From Octopus vulgaris (taxonomy: Eukaryota), in assembly GCA_951406725.2 (NCBI GenBank), contig OX597830.1:39122001-39186000 (forward strand): a stretch of 64,000 bases of DNA, read 5' to 3'. Below, one piece after another: positions 42,237 through 54,895 of the stretch. The notes beneath the pieces were generated by a model. The model saw nothing but the letters and a program-made list of their open reading frames with translations, had not been told where the DNA came from and ran no database searches. Position 1 is the first letter of the stretch; the number at the start of each line of letters is the position of its first letter. Both the position numbers and the translations under genes were made by a program.

Positions 42237-43552
42237 TATATATATACATGCATACACGTTAAGCATTTTCTTAGATTGGTTCATGAATTTTACACAATTT
42301 AGTAACACCCCCTCTATATGTATTTGATAGGTCTGTCACTTCTTCAGCTTTAGAGGTGAAGAGATCTGTGTATAAACATACAAAGGTATACACACATTTG
42401 CTTGTGAACACAGGCATACGCCCACAAAAACACACATAAAGGAGAGAATGAGTTAGATTAAGAAAGAGGGAGAAAGAGAGAGAGAGTGAATGAGTGAGAC
42501 ATGTATTTACAAGCATAAAGGTTCACAGTAATTGCTATTTTAATTGATATTTTAGAAAACATGTCTATAAATTAGTGATATTATATAATGTTCCTTTTAA
42601 GATATCTACGATAACTTGCAGGAAGTCTCAATTTAGCATTATAACAAGACTTTATACAAGATACCATTACGTAAAGTGTAATAAATCACTTGTTAACATG
42701 TTACAGGCAGTTTTCACTAATAGGTGAACTTCAAAGAAAATAGATCGATATTCAAAGATGAGAAAGATCGGAAAAGCTAGTTACACGCCCATTTTGAGAA
42801 TCAATAAAGGTATGTTGGATTTAAGTGTCAAAGGTCTGAATGCATTGATGCTGTACAGAATAGAAGTAGCAATACTGTTGCGTCAGAAAAAAAAAGTTGG
42901 TTCTCTTTATAACTTCATAGCATAATAATCAAATATGGTGAATAGCATTGTTTGATGACAACGGAATCTTTCAGAACATGAAGTGTTTGTGACAGAAGCT
43001 GCCAATTTGATACGTACATTTGTTCTCGGTAGCAGACAACTATATCATTGAGTAAATAAAGACATAAAAGCGATTCAAGGTTTTTATTATGAAGATTCCT
43101 TCATTATTTAGAAAAGTGGTATTTTTACTTCTATTTTCTTTCGTTTTTTATATTTTATTTTGGACTGTCTTTCTTTACCGTTTCATTGCTAAGATTACTG
43201 CACTGACAATGAAACAGCAGATATTTCCATTATCGAACTTTTTGGCATATGATGCTATACACAAAACCTCAATACAAATAACGCATTACTCAAGTGCGAT
43301 TATTATATACATACATACTTGCACCTATATTTGTAAATGTATGTATATGTGTACATAAACAGATAGATAGAGAGATAGATATGGTAGCTTATTTACATAG
43401 ATATGTACATATACATCTCTATATATACATGCGTTTATATATGTATATACATATATACAGTGGATATACGTATGTGTATGTAAATATGTATAATGTATAT
43501 ATATATATATATCATATATGTATATATAAGATATACATGTATATATATACAG

Positions 43553-43640
<88 letters not shown>

Positions 43641-45218
43641 CACACATATATATATAATAAGATGAGGACAAATATCCATCAAATGTAAATAATGTAAATA
43701 ATGTACCCTCGTCATTGCTCATATTTTTTTATTCCTTTTCTATCTGAACATCGAACCTCTGCTCTCACTCGGTCCCATCGCTGCAACACTTGTTCTATTA
43801 TCCAAAGTATTATTACCTAGTCTGGTCTTAGCCATTCCTTGCCGGTCATTCATCGTTACATCGACACCAATAGGAACATTATTACAGGAAATGTAGACTT
43901 CGTGGCTTCTTGTAATTTAAATATACCAGCGGCAGTTTGAAAGACCGTTTTATAGAGATCTTTCCAACAAACAAATTTAGATCTCTTCGACTTGTAGGTC
44001 TTTATTTCAATGCTTCTCGTCATACCTACTTATACCTCACTGCCTGCCCTGTCGTTTAGCAAATTCGTTTAAGGGTTTTCTCTTTGTGCCGGGAAGAATC
44101 CCTAATTATCTCCTCACATGTAGCTCGCCTAAGTCGTATAAATATTTCTTACTACTACTGAGGACTCTAACAAACCTACACGCTGGTAATCGTCTTCGTT
44201 TACATTTACACCCAACCTAATTTTCTACACACACATCTATACACATTACATATTTTATCACACACCATCAGAACTTAATCACACGTTCTGTACAACATTC
44301 TGCTCACCTGAACATTCTCACACAACATGCCTACAAACATTGTTCTAAACTTTTATCACACTTTTTACCAGCGCACGTATGTACACATTCATACAGAGCA
44401 TACACGCGCACTTTATCTCTGTTGACTCGAGAACAGATACACATATTTACAAACACAGATGCGCACACAGACACACACACAGACAAAGATACACACACTC
44501 ACAGAAACATACTCACAGAAACACACGCACACGTTCATACTGAATACTGACACATTATCTCCTTTGGCAGAAAAACAATTTCCTGGCTGAACTATCCTGA
44601 TTCGTTCTATTGATATTCGTCCCTTCATTTTAACCATTTATTATGTGGCATCATTGTTATGCGTTGCTTCCGCAGAGGTTTACTCTTTGATTTTTCTTTC
44701 CTGACGAATGACAACTGCCTGAACAGTTCTATTTTGTTTCTTCCTGACATTGTTATATTAATAACATTATTGTGCTCTTATTCTGATGTGTTTTGTTTAT
44801 TTTCCCCCCTTAAATTTGTATGGATGGATGGCACTTATTTTTGTTCGTCCCACTTTTCTTGTTACTTTTTGTTCGTTTATCAAGAATATCAAGAACGTAT
44901 ACAACCATTTACAAAGTCCTAAGAATTGTCTTCCTCTCTTAATATATTGACATGCAACACATGAAATTTGAGGTCCCATATTTGGGGTCATGCACAAATA
45001 CTTGTTCATCAATTTTATGTCAAAAAATATGTTTAATTTCCGGTGTATTTAGATACAACACCGCACACATTTTAAATTGTTCTAGATTATTTTTGAATGC
45101 TTCTGTTTTGACATTAATATTCGTACAGACATAAGTTCTTGTTTAACACGTGTGTGTGAGTGTATGTGCGTGTGTGCCTGCGTGCATGCGTGCGTGCGTG
45201 TGTGTGTGTGTATGTGTG

Positions 45219-45333
45219 GAGTGAGAGTGAGAGAGAAACTGTGAGAGGAAAATGTGAGGGAGACTGACAAACAAAAATGTGAGTTTTTATTTCTGCATAT
45301 GTGTGCGTGTACTTGTGTGTGTGTGGATGTGTG

Positions 45334-45393
<60 letters not shown>

Positions 45394-45486
45394 TGTGTGA
45401 AGTGAGAGTCAGAGAGAAACCGGGAGAGGAAAATATGAGAGAGACTGACTGACAAACAAAAAAGTGAGTTTTATTTTTGTATACAT
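45219..45486. repeat. Diverged tandem duplication: about 82-bp unique core twice, separated by (TG)n
   Basis: AGTGAGAGT.AGAGAGAAAC.G.GAGAGGAAAAT.TGAG.GAGACTGACAAACAAAAA.GTGAGTTTT at 45219 and 45400. Confidence 0.8.
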
Positions 45487-47253
45487 GTGTGTGGGTGTGT
45501 GTGTGTGTGCCTGTGCTTCCTTTTAACTGCATTTTCTTTACTAATTCAAGTTATATTGCCATCTTTGAGAAATCATCTGCCGTCCTTAGAGTTAACAGTC
45601 ATCAATGATTAATTTTTAGTTTTTTGCAATGTGTAACTTGTTTTCTTTGTCTTTCTTTCTCTCTCTTTTAGATTTCCAATCTTGCTGCAGATGCTGGAAT
45701 TATTTTCTTTACACTCTTCGTAAAAAGGGTGATATATCATGACCTATTTATTATACTACTTGACAAAAAATTATAATAAATTGATTTACAACCACCACCA
45801 GGAGAAACGATTCACCTTTTAATGACCAATTTTGATGCAAAAATGCAGAAGAGACAACAGGTGGAATTTTAATTAAAATAAATTATATTTTCCAGCATTT
45901 TATGAAATAGTTTGACACCAATTCTGTCTAATGTTCACAGCGACTGAGCTTTAGCCTTCAAACTCTTGTAGTCGGATGATGCTTATTTCTTGCTGCTGTC
46001 ATATGGCTAGCTTACTCCGTAAATTATAGTCTATAAGCTCATTTATATGGCAACAGCCGGATGTAACGGAAAGTAATAAGCGTACTGATACGTCAGCTAG
46101 TGACACGATCACATGATACTTTAGCCGTCGCATAAGTGTTGCTGCAGAAGTAATGCCTTGTACAAGTTGAACCAAATAAACACTTTTGTACCAATCGAAG
46201 CCTCTGATGATATGACGCTCCGAAGATTTCATCGTAATTATGAACCCCTTTCGTTGAAGAAGGAAAATGGCTTCATGCCAAAGTATTATTCTTGTAAACA
46301 ACCATTACACTAAATTCCCATTATAGTCAGGCTTAGAACTGTATTTTATTATTCTGGCATTCATCTACGATGTGGTAGTATCAATAAAATTTTAACTCAT
46401 TTAAAGGACTTGCAACATTTTTTCCACAAAAACAAATGAAAGTACTTATGACTGTATTTTCTAATGCATATATCTTACACCATACTGCATATAGACAAAC
46501 ATTCTTTTCGATGTGTTGCATGATATTTCTATACTGATTTTTCACTTCTTGGTTTTCATTAAAAATGTATTTTCTCTCATATAAGAAAGTTCTGTAATAT
46601 ACACTCTTTTCATTATCCTTTAATCTACTAATATTTATAGCCATTACGTATGCGAAATATTCTGTTATCTGGCAAATGTTTGAATGAACTTAGTCCTGGT
46701 CATTGTTTATATTTACAGAAATAAATGTCTGAATCATTGCAAGATATGTCTTTTGTTTCTATTTTATTCATAGTCATGTAATTTCTATTATCTGAAGATA
46801 ATATTACAGGCCGAGATAACATCCGCGAGCGTTCTACATTATTATCGTTTTGCGATCAGTTAAAATCCTATTTCTTGTCTCTCCTATCACGGAGGCCTTC
46901 AAAGTTCTTAATTTGCATTTAATCGCATATTTTTTTTTAATTCGTTAACTTTTAGTCGCCGAGCATTCTAAAGCATTTGATGTTCTGTCAGACACTATAA
47001 AATATATTTAATATTTAATATTTAATTTAAAATTCTGCTTTATGTGCCGTTGGTTAGAAAAGCATTAACTTTCATTCCTTAGTTTCTGTTAATGCTATGA
47101 TAAGCCAATGTCATCATTTTAACGAAATATTTTTTTTAATATTTTTCCATGAAGAAAGAAAAATTAACATAGTGTTTATATTGAACAATGGCTAGTAAAT
47201 GTGGTACAGCAACAAGCAAAACTTAGAACGGTACTTAAATATATTCTGTTGTA

Positions 47254-47626
47254 TACTCTTTTACTTGTTTCAGTCATTTGACTGCGGCCATGCTAGAGCA
47301 CCGCCTTTAGTCGAGCAAATCGACCCGGGACTTATTCTTTGTAAGCCCAGTACTTATTCTATCGGTCTCTTTTGCCAAACCGCTAAGTGACGGGGACGTA
47401 AACACACCAGCATCGGTTGTCAAGCAATGCTAGGGGGAAAACACACATATATATATATACATATATACGACAGGCTTCTTTCAGTTTCCGTCTACCAAAT
47501 CCACTCACAAGGCATTGGTCGGCCCGGAGCTATAGCAGAAGACACTTGCCCAAGATGCCACGCAGTAGGACTGAACCCGGAACTATGTGGTTGGTTAGCA
47601 AGCTACTTACCACACAGCCACTCCTG
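47254..47626 (-). mobile_element. SINE family A, near full length
   Basis: Reverse complement of 13748-14167 at high identity. Confidence 0.9.
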
Positions 47627-47673
47627 TTTCTGTACACATCAATCTTCTCGGGTAAGGGCATGATTAAGACATG

Positions 47674-48410
47674 TTCTACTAGTAGTGAAATTCTCTATGG
47701 CTCTTCCCCCAGAATTTTCTAATCGTATAATAGACTCCCACATCGTTAGACGACGTATGAGGATTTGGCAATTTCTTGCTGAACAACCATACCGATGATT
47801 TGATTATTGTGATCAAATGTCTGAGTAAAGATAGGCTCACTCCCTCCATCAAATCGACATTAGCTGTACAGGTGAACTGGGTGCCACATGTGAGATGAAT
47901 AAATGAGCGCAGATCAAGGTGAAATGAAGTGCTTTGCTCAAGAACACAGCGCAACGCCCGATCTGAGAATCGAAGCCACAATCTCGCAATTTTGACTTCA
48001 ACACCCTACTCACTAAGCCAATGCGCCTTTACTCAGACACACATACAGACACATATATATGTATTCTAAGTAATGATCTGCTAGAATTGTTTCTGTACCA
48101 ATTCTGTTTCCAATGCCAGTTCAAGCAAAATTTCTAAGTGAAAACTAATGCAGTATTTGTGATTTTAAGCATCAGAGTGACACTACTAGAATTTCAATAT
48201 TCGTGAGGAATCCGATAATGTAGAGAGCCTAAAGGTCGGGTTGGGAGCTGTACTGGAAATATCCTGCTATTCTACTATGAGTGAAATTCTCTTTGGTTCT
48301 TCCCCAGAATTTTCTAATTGTATCATAGACTCTCTCATCGTCAGACGACGTATGAGGGTTTGGCAATTTCTTGTCAAACAACCATACAGATGATTTGTTT
48401 ATTGTGACCA
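47674..48410. repeat. Direct repeat of about 140 bp (47674-47815 and 48270-48410)
   Basis: AGTGAAATTCTCT.TGG.TCTTCCCCAGAATTTTCTAAT..AGACGACGTATGAGG.TTTGGCAATTTCTTG occurs twice; the ORF track shows the shared peptide KSSVWLF.KKLPNPHTSS. Confidence 0.85.
47816..48028 (-). mobile_element. Older CORE-type SINE (family C-related)
   Basis: Minus-strand head GGCGCATTGGCTTAGTGAGTAGGG..TTCGATTC and CORE-like TGTGTTCTTGAGCAAAGCACTTCATTTC. Confidence 0.65.
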
Positions 48411-48970
48411 TGAACAGATGATTTGTTTATTGTGATTTATATACGGTCCCTTCCAGGACAGTATATAAATATACATATAATATAATAATGCGAAAACTAA
48501 TTTCTGTGTGTCTGTGTGTCACACTTAGATCCCCCTCTCTCACTATTCAATGACACTCCTACTATTCCTCAATATGGAGTGAGAGTACTAGTCGGCATAG
48601 AGGCGGTGAGGGCGGTGGCGAAAACAGAGAGGGAGAGAGAAAGAAAAAGAGAGGCAGAGAAAGAGAGACAAAGAAATTTAGGGAGAGTTGATGATGTTTT
48701 ATTAAAAGCAGTAGTGTTAGTTGTGGCAGTGGGAGCAATAATAACATTGAGAGAAAGAGTGGGTATGTGAGCGAAAAAGGGGGATCATGTACAACTTTGT
48801 TAACCCTGTCATTTTGACAGAAATTCCTGTCGCCAACAAACTGAACATTATCATTTTTGTTTTATTTTTTTTTGCTTTCTTTAATACATATATATAAATA
48901 TACATACACACACACACATATATGTTATAGGTAGATAGATAGATAGGTAGAGAGAGAGAGATATATACTC

Positions 48971-49122
<152 letters not shown>

Positions 49123-49168
49123 AATACACTTTACTGAAATTAAGTTTCCTCAAAATTAAACATATCTA

Positions 49169-49592
49169 ATTATTTGGGAAAATGCGAACAAGAAAAATAA
49201 TATGAAGATTATAAATCTGGAAAAGTATTACACCTGGAAAAGTTCAGGACAACATATATATCACATCTGGTAAATTAAAGAAAAAGACAATTTTTACTTA
49301 AAATATTGCAGCAAAGGATAAAATTTCAAATAAAATATTTAGATTTAGAATATATTAGCTTTTATTAAAACTAAAAATCTTATTACAAGTTATTACTTAT
49401 TACTTCTATTAAAAACTAAAAAATAACTCAATTAAAATATTTTATCCTTAATTGCAGTATTTTCTTATTCTATACGTTAACATATGTAATAACTTGTCCT
49501 GAACATTTCCAAGTGTAAAAACTTGTCCTGTGCTTTTCCAGATGTATAATCTTAAGAATATTATTTCTCTTGCTCGCATTTTCCCATGTAAT
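49169..49592. mobile_element. Foldback/MITE-like element with long imperfect TIRs
   Basis: TGGGAAAATGCGAACAAGAAAAATAAT..TCTGGAAAAG..GTTCAGGACAA pairs with TTGTCCTGAAC..CTTTTCCAGA..ATTATTTCTCTTGCTCGCATTTTCCCA. Confidence 0.7.
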
Positions 49593-51732
49593 CCATGTTT
49601 TTTTTCCAGGCTATGCTATTATGCTAATTAATAACGTATCAAATGTGTCAATTAGCGGTCTCGCTCGTAATTTCTTCCTTACTTAAATGATGCCGGTGAC
49701 ATATATCAAATGTCCCCTTGAACTATATTCATAAAAAAGTATAGAACTATGTTATCACCCTCAAATTTGAGAAACACTCATAATTTCTTTCTTTTAAAAC
49801 TTCATTACATGTGATTGATATCATGAAATTCCTCGAATTGAACTCTGTCATTTAAGCTTAATTAAGACATAGTTTGTTTTTAAAATAAAAAAAAGTTAAT
49901 TATACTTAAATCGACTTTTTTGCCTTATTTTTTTTGTTCATGATATATTACATAACAACTATTTTGGTACAAATTTTTGTTGCATATCTTCAAAATCAGG
50001 AAATACTTCACGCTTTCTTCTCTCATTGAAGCTATGATAAATATATTTTGCTTTGTGGGAGTTCCACACTGCTTCCCTCTTTTGAGTTTCCTGCCTTGTT
50101 ATAAATACATACACACACACACACACTCACACATATATGTATATAGTGAGAGGGAGAGAGACAGACAGACAGACGGAGACAGGCAGACAGGAAGAGGAGG
50201 AAGGAGACAAAGGATGAAGGAGAGGGAGACTTAAAGGAAGAGAAGAGCAGCATACATGCATATATACACGTAGATGTGTGCGTTTGCATATCGACGAAGA
50301 AATGAAATAGAAATGTACTAAATATTGGTTGGTCAGTTTATTCGTATGCTCCAAGTTGAGACTTCACTATTTTGTCTCCGAGGTTTCTTTTATATTTCTC
50401 AACATAAAGAACGTGACATTAAAAATCGAAGAAACGCTTCAGTGATACCCGGTTTCAATTACAAACGTACCCACATATACATACATATATATACATTCTT
50501 ACGTTCAATTATATATATGTGTGTGTGTGTGTATTCATATATATATATATATATAAATCTACATACAGATATACATACGTACGTACAATCATACATACAA
50601 GCACTCATACATACACACGTATAGTTGTTGTCGACGTCGTATTTTAGATTATCATCAACATTATATAAGTAATTACTTATTATGGATCATTGGAACTGCA
50701 GGTCTGCTATTACTTCTTTTGACACATTTTGAACTCATCCAAATATTTCTTTTATTCGCAACAATGCTTTCAAGCGCACACAATAATGTCTTATACAACC
50801 AGGACCAACATCAAACGTGAGTAGCTCATGTTTTGGTGCAGGTTTCTTACAACGAGACAAATGTTTCTGAAATCACTTCCGAGTTTGTCATTCTTCCAGT
50901 TGACGGTATTGATGGTCCTCATTGAGTGTGAAATGCATTTACCGTTCTGTCGAGACAAGACGCCTTGAAATGACAGCTAGTGTGTATCAAAATTAATTGC
51001 CTAAGGGGAGAAAAGCTTTCCACAGCAAATAAGCCATAAATATAGCCCTTATAAATGGTCCGTTATGCCCCAAGCATATTTGGAATAATCTAAATGGTTA
51101 TTTCTTTTCTGAAAAAGTAATTCAAACGAAAACAGATGTGTTATAGAGAGACCCCTTCAAAACATAGATGTGTGATGAAAAATGTCTTCTCTCTTACATA
51201 TTAACAACTTGATAGATTAACTGACTCGCAGTCTTTCAGTCTGGTCGTCCATATGGTAAACAGCTTGTAAGATAAAATACTATTCAAATATAAGTATATT
51301 TCAATATTTCATTTATCAGGAAAAGAGAAAACAAGAAAAGAAAATGGATCAAAGTCCTTCCCGAATCATAGACTCATAAGTTCCATTTCCGGTTGCTGTT
51401 GCTATTTAATCTATATCCAGTTTATATACATGACAATTTCATTTCTACAGAGATTAGCTGGAGTTGTGATACTTGTGTGTATTTAGTATTTGATTCAAGA
51501 ATTACATTTACTGCAAGAATATAGTGTTTTCGGAGTTTGTAATGAATCAGCCGTTCCAACTTTAATGTCGTTTTTAACTTACATTTTTCTTGGCAAGAAA
51601 AGAGTTAATACTCGAACGGAAAAGCCACAGTGAAAATGGGAATTGAAAAATCAGAAGTCTTCGTCAACACAGGTAATCTCACAATCGTGTCAAAACACTA
51701 TGGACATGGCAGAATTCTCCAAAGTAATCTTC

Positions 51733-51888
51733 AATGATGATGATAATGACGACGACGACCATGATCACGATGACGACAACGATGATGGCGCAAAGAAGGA
51801 GAAGAAGAAGAAGAAGAAGAAGAAGAAGAAAGAAGAAGAAGAAGAAGAAGAAGAAGAAGAAAGAAGAAGAAGAAGAAGAAGAAGAAAG
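51733..51888. repeat. (GAT/GAC)n plus (GAA)n trinucleotide repeats
   Basis: Direct reading. Confidence 0.9.
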
Positions 51889-51973
51889 TATATATAAATA
51901 TTATTTCATGGATTATTTTAGGTATATAATACAGTGTTCATATATACAGAGAGTATACATATGTATATATATG

Positions 51974-52030
<57 letters not shown>

Positions 52031-52248
52031 AGAGAGAAAGAATGAGAGAGAGAAAGAGGGAGCGCAGGAGAGGAGGAATCATCTATTTTTCGTTTAAGTA
52101 ATCTTTGACTGAATCAGTTTTTGTTTTCTCATTTTCGTTATTGTATTACTTTTCAACAGTTTATATTAATTCTCATATAAGATTTTCTGTCTCTTCGTGT
52201 GTTTGTGTAAGTGTGCGTAGGAGCGTGTGCGTTTTTCTGCATTCGAAG

Positions 52249-52304
<56 letters not shown>

Positions 52305-52327
52305 GTATGTATTTATATATATATGTA

Positions 52328-52933
52328 TATTAATAAATTTTAGGGTAGCCAAAAAATGTCTAGAAAAATTCTCCGCTACCAGTGGTCTATCGAGAAGGAA
52401 AATAGTCAATCGACTATATAATATATATTTACACACATAAGAGATGGCCATAATAGGACATCTGACTCACTAGAAAGAGCAGTTAAACTCTAAATTTTTC
52501 CCTTCTCGCTAGACCACTGGTAGCGGAGAATTTTTCTAGAATATTTTTGCTACCCTAAAATTTATTAATTAATGATAAGATTTTTGGGCTAATTGTGAAA
52601 TTAAATCGGCAGTTATATTTACTGCTGAAAAACTGCGCGAGAGTGGTGGATTTTGAAAATTTATAGCATATAGACTCGAGGCATGGCCCTTATCGCCTCG
52701 TGCCTATGTGCTAGCCTTGGCTTCCTGCTGAAGATGGCAACGCCAATTGTAAATTAAAATAATTTCATTTCATTTACAAAAAGTTGCCGAAACTATGCAT
52801 AGTCCAGGAAAGATAGGGTAAACGTTTTTATTTCTCTTTCCATTTCAGAATTACAACTATTAGTGGTTTGGAGTTTAACTACTCTTTCTAGTGAGTGAGA
52901 TGTCCTATTATGACCATCTCTTATGTGTTTAAA

Positions 52934-52938
<5 letters not shown>
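52328..52938 (+). mobile_element. PLE-type pseudo-LTR (about 52495-52938) preceded by two inverted fragments of itself
   Basis: 52328-52402 is the reverse complement of 52495-52569, and 52430-52494 is the reverse complement of 52867-52930. Contains an HHR; flanked by (TA)n on both sides. Confidence 0.75.
52722..52810 (+). ncRNA. Type-I hammerhead ribozyme with canonical core and extended stem II
   Basis: UUCCUG-CUGAAGA-U-GGCAAC..UUGUAAAU..AUUUACAA..GUUGCC-GAA-ACUAU(GC)AUAGU-C|CAGGAA: 6-bp stem I, 6+8-bp stem II, palindromic stem III ACUAUGCAUAGU, GUC site (cut after 52804). Confidence 0.9.
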
Positions 52939-52989
<51 letters not shown>

Positions 52990-53028
52990 TAAAAAATAGA
53001 GTTAACGCAGGTTTAAACAAGTATTTTT

Positions 53029-53114
53029 ACTTTCGACACATGTTTCGAAAATTTCACTGATACTATTCAAAAGAATAAATGGTATAAACAATGCAATCTT
53101 CTCTTCGGGAAAGT
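53029..53114 (-). ncRNA. Type-I hammerhead ribozyme with CCGAAGA core and extended stem II
   Basis: ACUUUC-CCGAAGA-GAAGAUUGCAUUG..CAGUGAAAUUUUC-GAA-ACA(UG)UGU-C|GAAAGU: 6-bp stem I, about 12-bp stem II with G-U pairs, GUC site. Confidence 0.8.
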
Positions 53115-53314
53115 GAAAGAAACGAAACTCGTCAATACGACATTTTAGCAAAAAATGATGGATTTGTATAGCGACAGACAGAACGCTATTAATATTGTTT
53201 AAAAAACGTTATATGATATAACGTCATAAGTAGCTAACAGAAAGAGTAGGGATATTAATAGTGAATGTTAAATATAAAGGAAATTAAAGTTTAAATTATA
53301 TATAATGATAGAGA

Positions 53315-53854
53315 CTACTTATATGCACTAAATGTATGTTTCTGCCAATGCTTACATATGTATGCTCGTTCTATAACCGTGTTTACTAGAGTATTTTTAG
53401 AAAAAATACTGAAAAATAGTTCAGAATTGCAGAGAAGACAGAATTTCTTGCCTTTGTCATATGGTATCGAAATTGAGAGGATCAACCATTCTAAATGAAA
53501 TTGTTCATTGTGGTCTTTTAAATCCCAAATCAGTTTGCTGAGACCGGAACTATTCCGTTTATTTCTATCCCTAAATATTGAGTAATGGATAGAAATTCTT
53601 TTAGATAACTCTAACGATGTGCTTCCAATGTAAAATCGTACTTTATTACGAGTACTGATTATACACTGGTATATAGAATTTTTAATCTTAGAGTTACTTG
53701 ACATAAATTTAATTCTATTGGAATTGACTTCAGATACAATAACCTTGTTATTAATATTTCTAGAGGGTTGGATGGTATTAGCTAAATTAATGTTAGTATT
53801 AGTAAATGTATTAATATTTAACAGTTTGTTATTATGAGAAGATATAATTTGCAA
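53315..53854 (-). pseudogene. C-terminal GIY-YIG endonuclease domain of a PLE ORF (Naiad-like); frame open, RT portion missing
   Basis: (SNTKNLL)QIISSHNNK..NSIYQC..FYIGST..KRISIH..F..LSKLIWDLK..EWLI..PYDKGKKFCLLCNSE..LVN..E..CKH: GIY-YIG motifs plus the CxxC/N/E/CxH tail. No ATG start (TTG in the track). Confidence 0.88.
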
Positions 53855-53951
53855 GAGATTTTTTGTGTTTGAAATTTGTGAGATTTTTGCTTCCCTGGTA
53901 ACTATTTATTTATTTTTCCGTGTTAATTGTTAACAAGGTAAAAATACACTC

Positions 53952-54017
<66 letters not shown>

Positions 54018-54273
54018 GATCAAGTTAAATACAATTGTCAGAGTGCTTTCGTGTATACTTCGATTTAAGGAAAGATCGTGACATTTGAAGTTTATTATGA
54101 AAGGGAAAAAAATATATATACAGACATATCCGAATCGAATTTCGCTATATTTATCTCTAATATTCTGCTGTCTTCTTCCCTTCCCCCATCTCTGTCTATC
54201 GATCTTTCTATCCCTCTTTCTCACTGTCAATGGCATTGTTTATCTTAGGTCGATATCCTACACATACACAAAC

Positions 54274-54327
<54 letters not shown>

Positions 54328-54415
54328 TATATATATATATACATACATATATATATATATGTATGTATGTATGTATGTATTTCTGTATATGTGTATATAT
54401 ATATATATATATCTA

Positions 54416-54856
54416 TCTTTTACTCTTTTACTTGTTTCAGTCATTTGACTGCGGCCATGCTGGAGCACCGCCTTTAGTCGAGCAAATCGACCCAGGGACT
54501 TATTCTTTGTAAGCCCAGTACTTATTCTATCGGTCTCTTTTGCCGAACCGCTAAGTGACGGGACGTAAACACACCAGCATCGGTTGTCAAGCAATGCTAG
54601 GGGGACAAACACAGACACACAAATATATACACACACACTTATATATATATACAAGCAATGCTAGGGAGACAAACACACACACACATACATATATATATAC
54701 ATATATACGAGAGGCTTCTTTCAGTCTTTCAGTTTCCGTCTACCAAATCCACTCACAAGGCATTGGTCGGCGCGGGGCTATAGCAGAAGACACTTGCCCA
54801 AGATGCCACGCAGTGGGACTGAACCCGGAACCATGTGGTTGGGTAGCACTCCTGCG

Positions 54857-54858
<2 letters not shown>
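54416..54858 (-). mobile_element. SINE family A with an internal duplication and a small head deletion
   Basis: Reverse complement of the family sequence; CAAGCAATGCTAGGG occurs twice (54588 and 54652). Confidence 0.9.
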
Positions 54859-54894
<36 letters not shown>

Positions 54895-54895
54895 T

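Larger units (their letters stand above)
52987..53880 (-). mobile_element. 5'-truncated Penelope-like retroelement: EN ORF, 3'UTR, HHR, (TA)n
   Basis: Order and orientation of the GIY-YIG ORF, a 200-nt UTR, the hammerhead and a short tail ending at (TA)n 52939-52986. Confidence 0.85.

Noticed and set aside
45672-45776. Strong polypyrimidine tract plus AG acceptor
   Set aside because: All three frames stop within 35 codons and no product is recognisable; cannot be supported without RNA data.
51643-52045. Acidic/basic low-complexity ORFs (poly-D, K, E, R)
   Set aside because: They derive from (GAT)n and (GAA)n repeats; no domain and no convincing exon structure.
53205-53227. AUGA-led hairpin in the PLE 3'UTR as a possible SECIS
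   Set aside because: No 3' GA quartet partner or apical AA, and the ORF has no in-frame UGA.
54042-54091. Minus-strand UGUCA..GAAAGCACUC|UGACA hammerhead-like pairing
   Set aside because: No CUGANGA-like core after stem I; probably coincidental.
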